Shown here: piece after piece, positions 39,201-45,835 of the stretch
How the letters are laid out: each line of letters opens with the position of its first letter
Numbering within the stretch: position 1 is the first letter of the stretch
Source: Fidelibacterota bacterium
GTDB taxonomy: Bacteria > Fidelibacterota > Marinisomatia > Marinisomatales > UBA1611
Assembly: GCA_016784605.1 (NCBI GenBank)
Contig: JADHUI010000001.1
Span: 27,543-91,542 of the forward strand
DNA length: 64,000 nt
Direction: 5' to 3'
The notes under the pieces: generated by a model
The model's database searches: none
What the model was told of the DNA's origin: nothing
The model's input: the letters and a program-made list of their open reading frames with translations, nothing else
Translations under genes and position numbers: made by a program

Positions 39201-39854
39201 TTAACGGATACGATGCATTTTTATACAGACGCATTTCCAGAACCCCCACTTGCCTTTGTGACACTTTCACCGGAGAATGAAGCAACTGGCTTAGGAACGG
39301 AAGTTGAATTTGTTTGGGCCGAATCAATTGACCCAGACCCAATTGATGACATTCATTATCAGCTTGTTTATGCTACAGATTGGCAAGATAGCAGTACATA
39401 CGTTTTCAGCGAAAACGTTCAAGATACATCCTTAATAATTTCAATGGAAAATAATACATTATATTATTGGGGAGTAATTGCTCGGGACAATGATGGGTTT
39501 ATGGTTGGAAGTAACGATAATACCCCAAACACAATGGTGATTGGTACGCTGGGGATTGATGACCAAGCGATACCAGATGCTTTTGCCTTACACCAAAATT
39601 ATCCAAACCCATTTAACCCAACGACAACGCTTCGATATGATTTACCAGAAGACACCCATGTTCAAATTGTTATTTACGATATTATGGGGCAACAGGTTAA
39701 AACACTGATCAATGAAGAGCAAAATGCTGGCTTTAAAGCAGTTGTTTGGGATGCTACAAATCATATTGGGCAGCCAGTGAGTGCAGGAATGTACTTATAT
39801 CAGATAAGTGCGGGAGGATTCAACAAAACGATAAAAATGGTTTTATTGAAATAG
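33270..39854 (+). CDS. Giant secreted T9SS cargo protein (2194 aa). Domains: Pmp-type (GGA[IV] / FxxN) beta-helix repeats, a duplicated unknown DWTLEENQDR domain, FN3/Ig-like and cadherin-like domains, and a T9SS CTD
   Basis: Signal peptide MKYVQYCLISIFFIQVAFSAS. More than 12 repeats of the form F.(E/N)N.(A/S)...(D/E)GGAIY (e.g. FENNIATSSGGAIYIEE, FVENIAEGDGGAIFSYD, FDGNSSESDGGAIYIDD), the hallmark of polymorphic-membrane-protein repeats. CTD FALHQNYPNPFNPTTTLRYDL...GMYLYQISAGGFNKTIKMVLLK. Confidence 0.85.
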   Translation: MKYVQYCLISIFFIQVAFSASVKDNPRKKQQSRKTEIPVERVRKNHSEDIDAPKVKPTREDDRVSKVQQIKDGVISIQDVFTIETPQTRSVTNFTEYTVCSVGCDYDDVMTAINSVPSFSTIFISEPGTYYVSDIQLEEKSIWIRGLSPEETILTGENPDGLDSNLVYFEKLDYADWTLEENQDRIADSVWITRGDNQPIFNAAVEAYNDTDTDLTPTNTLWAQGRTADVDSSDYETFAPMTGWCPPCILGQTLSLKLPGAGEDSSDVFYDLVITQWTQNGAGGGFAYYRGEPGVSLPLSATMISLSDSSENDTISYLQLSDLSIVDGSGSNGSPGGILIDENTYDSTTVVFENVHGTNHSGGFLRSYSNNTAIYINNSEFFNNNSSNDGGVIYLDFGDLNINNSEFFNNNSSNDGGVSYLDFGDLNINNSEFSNNTTNGDGGVFYIDDGNYNINNSEFSNNSSNDDGGVIYHYDAEGMILNSAFTHNSSGDDGGVINNESGDLYIGNSHFSENESSYGGAIYMDYGDDFVTFNTSFENNIATSSGGAIYIEESADGYFYQTHFHENMSGNEGGAFYIENYEDDFDISVEFHSSSFVENIAEGDGGAIFSYDDYDGRIKIYSSVFDGNSSESDGGAIYIDDDGELWIENSSFVRNSAGDDGGAIYNDDADSPGVIMINTTIANNSASDEGGAIINDDYLFLYNCTVAFNDAGYDYGGIDDVDDMSSTVIAQNTVTGDDYSYPDVDYAYISERNIIGNIGEGSIYIYNDVYGDSWIGNPDSLGTIDSVAIAHGVVVYDTPINAQLAFVNDEPLPYMIPYPGSLAIDNGIDWYNWDDEYVTVNYDMLGRPRSWPYNSDIGAIERTPGDPHEDQIAPGTIDDLAGAPSIEGGIQLSWTAVGSDGNIGTVAEYMVYYSANTFEDPSESTVMGINPGINPSQSGTNESFLLGGLDYGSAYYIRIITFDEIGQPSDLSNEIAVETLNAPSVAVSTTSASITLPAESEGTRQLTLGNDGQSLLEWSATILTEDTSSVRSSSPVFGTGTLSDLEKSASDYVNHPRPENLFSDESFPLDPHMQSVLSSRINANPLENILSMFEEKHQTIIDLVPNPWVIEDGVTGDNINDGGDDMYDGGNYLSTDNEQNPLAYSDSVIIASSHLGETGQYFTRKYDELFVFAADLDSVSDFYITGNLGADGSGSVDGIIVEESGYTGFVKRVYNAGDPSINHMVIIQNTEGASHDFSTDTNNDYHHIGGLINVTQLYYILYASSGGALVDDETTLSIMSAMLDIIDPTWLHVSENQGEILPGETQLIEILFNTTELADTSLAGLITLTTNDPNVAEIPIDVSMVVSSENLSPVLHTAQLSDAIEDEPYLFQLVGEDPNGDTIHYTLVDGPSWMSISESGEVTGMPTNENVSDSDTLSVNLNDGTVDISFGMTVTVINSNDSPFVLNGFEPVVVNEDSEPITIDLSQIFSDDDMNIELDSLIYLAEGFMTFRKENNADWTLEENQDRVNDAVWITRKNNQSIFNIMREDGYSQADGSPQGTEWSLGYASQSNELMFEPFISAVSNSPQSSIGKPLVMHTVDDNHYYNMMIHQWTGGNNGGGLAWTRSSVENNDTPIATPEINGSNLTIYFHPNAFGETELVILAIDESGETVADSLSIMINPVNDLPGDVALLHPADNSTISILNPTLSWEEPIDFENGETSGSSNDHLVKNTQTQSNSRSIASYNVYVGTDTALTAEDFLENVAINSYTISSDLVDDATYFWMVEAVDDDGGISTSDTWSFTINTGNNPPSSFELVSPSPELVLYSTDVTFEWMPSYDPDPNDNVHFALNVNSDTLHLHYETDSISYLASQFQDNKVYHWSVDAYDNYGAMVQNIGGPRMFVVNTANDNPSSPELVAPLSGSIQTNLMPSFFWTRSHDIDPMDHVSYELSWQQIGDALNPHIINTDSNGVSLEENLEDNSSFIWSVRAMDLNNGESLTDTMHFYTDAFPEPPLAFVTLSPENEATGLGTEVEFVWAESIDPDPIDDIHYQLVYATDWQDSSTYVFSENVQDTSLIISMENNTLYYWGVIARDNDGFMVGSNDNTPNTMVIGTLGIDDQAIPDAFALHQNYPNPFNPTTTLRYDLPEDTHVQIVIYDIMGQQVKTLINEEQNAGFKAVVWDATNHIGQPVSAGMYLYQISAGGFNKTIKMVLLK
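34395..34706 (+). repeat. Four in-frame 78-bp tandem repeats (26-aa Pmp-type units) inside giant gene 2
   Basis: Units at 34395, 34473, 34551 and 34629. Units 1 and 2 differ at one nucleotide (INNSEFFNNNSSNDGGVIYLDFGDLN versus ...GGVSYLDFGDLN). Units 3 and 4 are more diverged. Confidence 0.9.
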
Positions 39855-39932
39855 ACTATTTAATACATTATTAATAGAGAAAAGGCATTCTTGACGTTTG
39901 CCTTTTCTCTAAATGAAAGCGCTATAAAAAAG
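39588..39932 (+). repeat. 345-bp direct repeat, copy 2: CTD-coding 3' end of giant gene 2 plus downstream hairpin (partner at 32271-32614)
   Basis: See copy 1. Includes the identical hairpin at 39876-39910. Confidence 0.95.
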
Positions 39933-39940
39933 ATGTTTTT

Positions 39941-39985
39941 CGCTCCCTATTTGGGAATATTAATGCATCTAGAAATTCTGCATAA
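39941..39985 (+). repeat. ppc 3'-end repeat, copy C (orphan fragment before the dioxygenase-like gene)
   Basis: cgctccctatttgggaatattaatgcatctagaaattctgcataa encodes exactly RSLFGNINASRNSA*, like ppc. The only differences are tcg to tct, gct to gca (both synonymous) and TAG to TAA. No ORF leads into it. Confidence 0.95.
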
Positions 39986-40004
39986 AAGCACCTAGCTTTT
40001 CCAT

Positions 40005-40916
40005 ATGAAACGAAGAGACTTTATTAAAACAGGGATTGTAGGCACAGCGGCACTCGGTTTTACCCCAACAGCACTATTAAAAAGTCAAGACTGTCCCCTA
40101 ACTCAAAATGATATATTGGGACCCTATTGGACAGAGAACCACCCAAACAGAACTCTTTTGGCAAATGCAGATGAACCGGGAACGCGTATTTTTATTTCAG
40201 GAACAGTAAAAGCTAACGACTGTGAGACGCCCATTGAAAATGCAATTGTTGATGTATGGCATGCAAACGATAATGGCTGTTATACGATATTTATGGAATG
40301 CGATTCAGGAAACTCAGATGATGATCCTTATAATTTACGCGGTCAAATGATAACGAATGAAAATGGAGAATATGCCTTTGAAACTATTTGGCCTGGATAT
40401 TATGCCGGTCGCCCAAAACATTTTCATTATAAAATTACAACACCCAACGGCCTTGAACTTGTAACGCAATGTTATTTTGAAGGAGACGCTCAAATTGATT
40501 CACAATGGGAAGAAGACCATCAGGGGCTCATTATTCCACTAGATGAAAGCGGAAGTAACCTTTATGGTGTTTTTGATATTGTGATGGATGAGGAATTAAT
40601 CCAAGTTGGAACCCAAAACGAAAAAGCCCATCTTCTAGAAAAACCAATTTTATATCCCGCATATCCCAATCCTTTTAATAGCTCAACTCAAATAAAGTTT
40701 AATGTATCAAGGCAAGGACACATGAGTATTGGTGTCTATGATATTTCAGGGAAATGGATAACCAGTCTCATGGAAAAGCATATATCACCCGGGGCTCACA
40801 AGCTAAATTGGAACGGGAATGATATGTTAGGAAAACCTGTTTCAGCCGGGCTTTATTTAGTCATATTGAAATTTGGTGCACACACAATTTCGAAAAAAAT
40901 ATCTCTTTTGAAATAA
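40005..40916 (+). CDS. Intradiol ring-cleavage dioxygenase-like protein with a twin-arginine signal and a T9SS CTD (303 aa)
   Basis: Tat motif MKRRDFIKTGIVGTAALGF. Dioxygenase_C-like core (ISGTVKANDCETPIENAIVDVWHANDNGCY, NENGEYAFETIWPGYYAGRPKHFHYKI). C-terminal YPAYPNPFNSSTQIKFNV...GLYLVILKFGAHTISKKISLLK. Confidence 0.8.
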   Translation: MKRRDFIKTGIVGTAALGFTPTALLKSQDCPLTQNDILGPYWTENHPNRTLLANADEPGTRIFISGTVKANDCETPIENAIVDVWHANDNGCYTIFMECDSGNSDDDPYNLRGQMITNENGEYAFETIWPGYYAGRPKHFHYKITTPNGLELVTQCYFEGDAQIDSQWEEDHQGLIIPLDESGSNLYGVFDIVMDEELIQVGTQNEKAHLLEKPILYPAYPNPFNSSTQIKFNVSRQGHMSIGVYDISGKWITSLMEKHISPGAHKLNWNGNDMLGKPVSAGLYLVILKFGAHTISKKISLLK

Positions 40917-40923
40917 AGGAATA

Positions 40924-42138
40924 ATGAAACGAAGGGATTTTATACGTACCAGCCTTTTGGCCACCGCTGGGTTAACGCTTATTTCATGCGAAGATCAAGA
41001 AATTGTTATTGACGACACGCCGGGACGACTGACAAAAACGAACAATCCAAAAGATATTATTATTATTGGAGCAGGAATTTCAGGACTCGTGGCTGGGTTT
41101 GAATTAAAGCGTGCCGGACACAACGTAACTATTCTAGAAGCTCGAGATAGAATTGGGGGGCGAATTTTTACAGTAAGAGAACCCTTTAGCAACGGGATTT
41201 TTGCGGAGGCGGGCGCAGCACGAATACCAGACAATCACGATATTACTCTTGGATATATTGATTATTTCAATCTTTCACTAAACCCTTTTTATCCAGATGG
41301 TGGCAACTATACCCAATTATTAGATGGTGAAAAATCCTACATAGAACCGGATGTATTTTTAGAAGACAGGCCCTGGCCCACATCCGTTACACATAAAGAA
41401 TATTCAAAAATCGAATCCGGAAATGATCAACTCCCAGAAGCGCTATATGAAACATTAATGGATAATGTCCATTTATCAGAGCCAGCTATATCAATCGAAC
41501 AAATGAACGATGGCGTTCGCGTGGAGACAGATAATGGAGCAACCTATCTAGGTGATAAAATTATATGTACCCTTCCATTACCCGTATTAAATAAAGTGTC
41601 TTTTTCTCCGTCGCTATCAACCCAAAAACAAGAAGCCATAAACGGAGGTTATACATATAATACAGCTACACGCGTCATGTTTACATCTCCAACCAGATTT
41701 TGGGAAAATGAAGGTCAAAACGGGTTTGGAAAAACAGATTGGCCAGAAGAAATATGGCATCCAAGCTGGGATCAAGACAGCACAGCTGGACTATTGTTAA
41801 CGTATCTTCGAAGAGATAAAGCGATTGAGGCAGACGCTCTTAATGATGCGGTCCGGAATATTCAAATATTAAATCGATGGGAAAATGTTTTCCCTGGAGT
41901 ACAAAATAATATAACTCATGCCTATACACATTCTTGGGCAAAAGAAGAATGGTCTGGAGCCGGCTGGCCTGCACCCACAGAAGAAGAGGAAGAAGCTTAC
42001 GGTTCGTCCTTAGGTTTAGTAGAAGGGCATATACATTTTGCGGGCGAACACACCACAGAATACCATGGCTGGATGCAAGGAGCGCTTTTATCGGGTATTC
42101 GAGCCGCCAATGAAATCAATGACGGCGCAATGACGTAA
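40924..42138 (+). CDS. Flavin-containing amine oxidase (MAO/LAAO family) with a Tat signal and lipobox (404 aa)
   Basis: MKRRDFIRTSLLATAGLTLISC (RR motif plus LISC lipobox). FAD dinucleotide fold IIIIGAGISGLVAGFELKRAGHNVTILEARDRIGGR. C-terminal FAGEHT motif. Confidence 0.85.
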   Translation: MKRRDFIRTSLLATAGLTLISCEDQEIVIDDTPGRLTKTNNPKDIIIIGAGISGLVAGFELKRAGHNVTILEARDRIGGRIFTVREPFSNGIFAEAGAARIPDNHDITLGYIDYFNLSLNPFYPDGGNYTQLLDGEKSYIEPDVFLEDRPWPTSVTHKEYSKIESGNDQLPEALYETLMDNVHLSEPAISIEQMNDGVRVETDNGATYLGDKIICTLPLPVLNKVSFSPSLSTQKQEAINGGYTYNTATRVMFTSPTRFWENEGQNGFGKTDWPEEIWHPSWDQDSTAGLLLTYLRRDKAIEADALNDAVRNIQILNRWENVFPGVQNNITHAYTHSWAKEEWSGAGWPAPTEEEEEAYGSSLGLVEGHIHFAGEHTTEYHGWMQGALLSGIRAANEINDGAMT

Positions 42139-42160
42139 CGAGATTAAGTATTATTTATAT

Positions 42161-43972
42161 TTAAAGTTGAACGTCTAAGGTTAGTGGTTTTCCACCACGA
42201 AGAACTTTAACTGTAATTTTTTGCCCCTTTTTCAATTCACCCATTCTTCCCATATACTCTTGGATGTTTAAAAGTTTTTTCCCATTAATTTCAATTAACA
42301 CATCCCCTTTTTTCATGCCCGCTTTACCTGCGGGGCCATCTTTCGTGCTAACGCCTTCGATAGCCATTCCTTCTTCTGAGCCACCTCCGCCATAGGCAGG
42401 TATAATTCCAAGCGTAACTCCGTCGGATCGCCTTCTTTTTGGCGCTTCTTTTGGACCCGCTTCAGTAAATAACGGTCGTTCATCCATTCGATTTAAGGTT
42501 AACGTAATATCATAAACAAAATTCAAAATTTCTTTTTCACCCTTTGCATTAATTAAATCCCAATCATCTTCAGGTAAATGGTATTGGTGGTGAAATCCGG
42601 AAAAGAAAAAGAGAACAGGAATATCGTTCACATAAAAACTCGCATGATCGCTGGGGCCATATCCAGAATAGGATTTCCCAATAGACATTTCAATATCTTT
42701 AGCTAAACTGTCGATAAGGGGTTCAAAAAATGGAGACGTTCCTATTGCGCCAACATTTAAAGTGGAATCATCTAAACGCCCAACCATATCTAAATTAAGC
42801 ATTGCAACAATATTTTCTTTTGGAACGGTTGGGTTTTCAATAAAATACTTAGACCCAAGTAAACCTTTTTCTTCCGCATCAAACGCAATAAAAATAACAC
42901 TTCGTTTTAACTTATTTCGATTGGCAAATAATTTTTGACTTATTTCTAATATACCCGCAGTTCCAGATGCATTATCATCCGCACCATTATGGACGGCGGT
43001 TGTGTCTTTATTCCGAGATCCCGTATGGTGTCCACCCATACCTAAATGATCAAAATGAGCGCCAAGCACAATATACTCATCTCTTAATTCTCTATCTCGC
43101 CCACGAATCATTCCTACAACATTTCCCCCGCGAAGGGTTTTCTCTTTTAAATCAATATGGGCTGTTAATTCTATATTGTTTATTTCAAATTGGACCGATT
43201 TTAAGGATGAATCCATTTTCTTTTGTATAGATGAAATAGACTGGTTGTGTGGCCGAAAAATTTGATTCGCCATTTCGCTCGAAAGATGAATTGCGGGTAT
43301 ATTACCTTTTGATTGATGAGTAGAATGTCCAAAAGCCACTAATTCGGAATCGCTTTCTTGAGATACAAAAATGATACCACTGGCCCCAAAATCTCTCGCA
43401 ACCATCATTTTTTTGTTTAAAGATGCATGTCCGGAATAAATAGAATGGGGATGAATTTGTTCGGGACCGCCGCGCATCACAATCACCCACTTTCCATCTA
43501 CATTTAAGCCAGCATAATCATTCCATTTTTTATCTTCAACCATGTTAAATCCGTAACCGGCAAAAACAGCTTTAGATGAAAAATCACCATTTCCGGAAAA
43601 AGTTAAAGGGGTGAAATCGACACCAACAATCAACTCGGCGCCATCAATAGAAAAAGATGTTTTTTCTCCAATTTCAACACCGTCGGCAATATCAAACGGC
43701 TGAACATAAGAATCATTTGTTCCAGCAGGTTTTACGCCGGCTGAACGCCATTCATTGGCAATATAAGAAATAACGTCTTTAGATTCTCTTGTCCCTGGGT
43801 AACGCCCCTTCATATTATCTTCAGATAAGAAAATAATATGATCTAATATTTCTTCTTCAGTGATTTCGGAACTATTACCCGCAGAAATGCCAGCACTATT
43901 TTGTAAAAATAAACCGCATCCCAAGACGACCAAAACGGCCATGGCGATTAATGTTTTTTTCTTTTCATTCAT
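42161..43972 (-). CDS. M28-family aminopeptidase with PA domain and C-terminal PDZ domain (603 aa from ATG 43972)
   Basis: M28 zinc-ligand blocks LGAHFDHLG, GADDNASGTAGILE, FDAEEKGLLGS and NLDMVG. PDZ-like tail GMKKGDVLIEINGKKLLNIQEY. The track start 43984 is a TTG 4 codons upstream. Confidence 0.85.
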   Translation of the reverse strand: MNEKKKTLIAMAVLVVLGCGLFLQNSAGISAGNSSEITEEEILDHIIFLSEDNMKGRYPGTRESKDVISYIANEWRSAGVKPAGTNDSYVQPFDIADGVEIGEKTSFSIDGAELIVGVDFTPLTFSGNGDFSSKAVFAGYGFNMVEDKKWNDYAGLNVDGKWVIVMRGGPEQIHPHSIYSGHASLNKKMMVARDFGASGIIFVSQESDSELVAFGHSTHQSKGNIPAIHLSSEMANQIFRPHNQSISSIQKKMDSSLKSVQFEINNIELTAHIDLKEKTLRGGNVVGMIRGRDRELRDEYIVLGAHFDHLGMGGHHTGSRNKDTTAVHNGADDNASGTAGILEISQKLFANRNKLKRSVIFIAFDAEEKGLLGSKYFIENPTVPKENIVAMLNLDMVGRLDDSTLNVGAIGTSPFFEPLIDSLAKDIEMSIGKSYSGYGPSDHASFYVNDIPVLFFFSGFHHQYHLPEDDWDLINAKGEKEILNFVYDITLTLNRMDERPLFTEAGPKEAPKRRRSDGVTLGIIPAYGGGGSEEGMAIEGVSTKDGPAGKAGMKKGDVLIEINGKKLLNIQEYMGRMGELKKGQKITVKVLRGGKPLTLDVQL

Positions 43973-44042
43973 AAGATGTTCCAAATGTTAATAATGTAAT
44001 AGATTCAATGTATTAAGAGATAGACAATCTACAAAGAATCAT

Positions 44043-44420
44043 ATGGAAAAAGAAAAAAACATCAAAATCAACGTAAAGTCTAAGTACCACCCGGAAAGAT
44101 CAAACCCACACAGAAATGAGTATTTCTTTTCATACCACATTACAATAATAAATATAGGCGAAAAAACAACGCAACTAATAAGTCGATATTGGCATATAAC
44201 TGACGGCAAAGGAAGAATCGAAGAAGTGCGCGGTCCTGGCGTTGTGGGGGAACAACCCCGATTAAAAAAAGGAGAGCAATTTGGCTATACCAGTTTTTGC
44301 CCACTACCAACACCCTTTGGTGTTATGAAGGGCGCATTTACAATGGTGGACGATAAGGGCAGCTCTTTTGATGTTCCTATTTCACCTTTCCAATTAGCCA
44401 CGCCAGAAATATTAAATTAA
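44043..44420 (+). CDS. apaG: ApaG (DUF525) protein (125 aa)
   Basis: Characteristic ApaG sequence: YFFSYHITIINIGEKTTQLISRYWHITDGKGRIEEVRGPGVVGEQPRLKKGEQFGYTS. Confidence 0.9.
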   Translation: MEKEKNIKINVKSKYHPERSNPHRNEYFFSYHITIINIGEKTTQLISRYWHITDGKGRIEEVRGPGVVGEQPRLKKGEQFGYTSFCPLPTPFGVMKGAFTMVDDKGSSFDVPISPFQLATPEILN

Positions 44421-44567
44421 GAAAGATTGAATAATATATTTTTTGCCGATTAAAACAGAGACTTTAGTCACTATAAATAAGATGTAAGTAAAAAACACAA
44501 AGGAAGCGTTTTAATAGAGATTTAGCAACAAAATGTCTGCTGATTAATTTTTCTGAGGAGGAAAACC

Positions 44568-45824
44568 ATGAAACAATTTTATCAATATATAGGTGCGTTT
44601 ATTATAATAACGCAAATAACATTTGCTCAAGAAGCATACATGCATCTTGCCCATTCGGGCATAACGCCATCATCAACCATGACTGTTGAGCCCGGGCAAG
44701 AAATTACATTTGAATATGGTGGCGGTGGCCCCCACCCAATGACATCAGGGCAAGGAAGCACAACATCTCCCGTGCACTTTCCTACTGTTACTGTTAATTC
44801 AAGCAATCCGATTGCAACATTTTCTCTAGAAGAAGAAGGAACATATATTTTTCATTGTGGCACCAACCCAGGAAATACCAGTTTATGGGGAACCATTATT
44901 GTGGAGCCAGCTCCTATAGAAGGACCCATGGGCGACGTAGATTTAAACGGAATGTTAAACTTTACAGATATTACTTATATGATGTTTTATTTCTATGGAA
45001 TGCAGGAATTTTCGGATGAACAAATGTATGAGGCCGATGTAAGTCAAGACAGCACAGTTTCACCTTTAGATTTGTCATTATTAAAAATGGCCATCAATAC
45101 CACCATTGAACTTCCATACCCAAACATAGATGGCGTTTTAGACGGAAGCGCCACCTACGCATTAGATGTACCCACTTACTCTGATGGTGAAATTACCGTC
45201 CCTGTTTCTGTCAGCGCTTTATCAAATGTTATTTCTATTGACTTAAGCGTTGTTTTTGATAATACATCCCTAACGCTTGATCGCGTTGATTTTGAAGAAT
45301 CTTGGGATGGAGCAACCACGATAAATGTAGAAAATAATGGAAATTTAAGATTAATTGTAGCGAGCCCAGCAATTAATGAAAGCGATAATCTAATCGCAAA
45401 TTTGGTATTTACCGTAAACGAAACATCTGAAAACAACACATCGGTGACGCTCGTTTCATCACAAACAAATGAAAGTGGACTTATTGCTGAAGAATCCACA
45501 GTTGATGTGCAATTACTTGGTGTGGATAATATAATGAATATACCAACGCAATTAAACATATCAGGCGCTTTCCCGAACCCGTTTAACCCAGCAATTACAC
45601 TGCTAGTTGCTATAGCTGATGTTCGTGATATTCATTTAGAAATATTCAACACGAAAGGACAAGCAGTTAAAACATTCTCAAGTGAGAATTTTGTCAGGGG
45701 AACGAATTCTATTACATGGAACGGATTGAACAATCAAGGGCAGCAAGTTCCATCAGGTATTTATATAGTTAAAGCTTCATCAAGTCAGAACACAACAACC
45801 AAAACAATTACACTACTAAAATAA
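44568..45824 (+). CDS. Secreted T9SS cargo protein: cupredoxin-like N-domain, dockerin-like repeat pair, cohesin-like domain, CTD (418 aa)
   Basis: GAGGAGG RBS. Cupredoxin-like GTYIFHCGTNPGNTSLWGTIIVE. Dockerin-like GDVDLNGMLNFTDITYMM ... ADVSQDSTVSPLDLSLLKMAI. Cohesin-like GEITVPVSVSALSNVISIDLSVVFDNTSLTLDRVDF...LIANLVFTV. CTD SGAFPNPFNPAITLLV...GIYIVKASS..TKTITLLK. Domain calls are from motif recognition only. Confidence 0.7.
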   Translation: MKQFYQYIGAFIIITQITFAQEAYMHLAHSGITPSSTMTVEPGQEITFEYGGGGPHPMTSGQGSTTSPVHFPTVTVNSSNPIATFSLEEEGTYIFHCGTNPGNTSLWGTIIVEPAPIEGPMGDVDLNGMLNFTDITYMMFYFYGMQEFSDEQMYEADVSQDSTVSPLDLSLLKMAINTTIELPYPNIDGVLDGSATYALDVPTYSDGEITVPVSVSALSNVISIDLSVVFDNTSLTLDRVDFEESWDGATTINVENNGNLRLIVASPAINESDNLIANLVFTVNETSENNTSVTLVSSQTNESGLIAEESTVDVQLLGVDNIMNIPTQLNISGAFPNPFNPAITLLVAIADVRDIHLEIFNTKGQAVKTFSSENFVRGTNSITWNGLNNQGQQVPSGIYIVKASSSQNTTTKTITLLK

Positions 45825-45835
45825 AAGGAATCACC

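Noticed and set aside
25624-39985. Calling the two giant-gene cassettes a classical mobile element (IS, transposon or integron)
   Set aside because: There are no terminal inverted repeats and no transposase, integrase or attC-like array, and each unit has its own long leader. I therefore report it only as a finding (an att-like duplication pattern), not as an annotated mobile_element feature.
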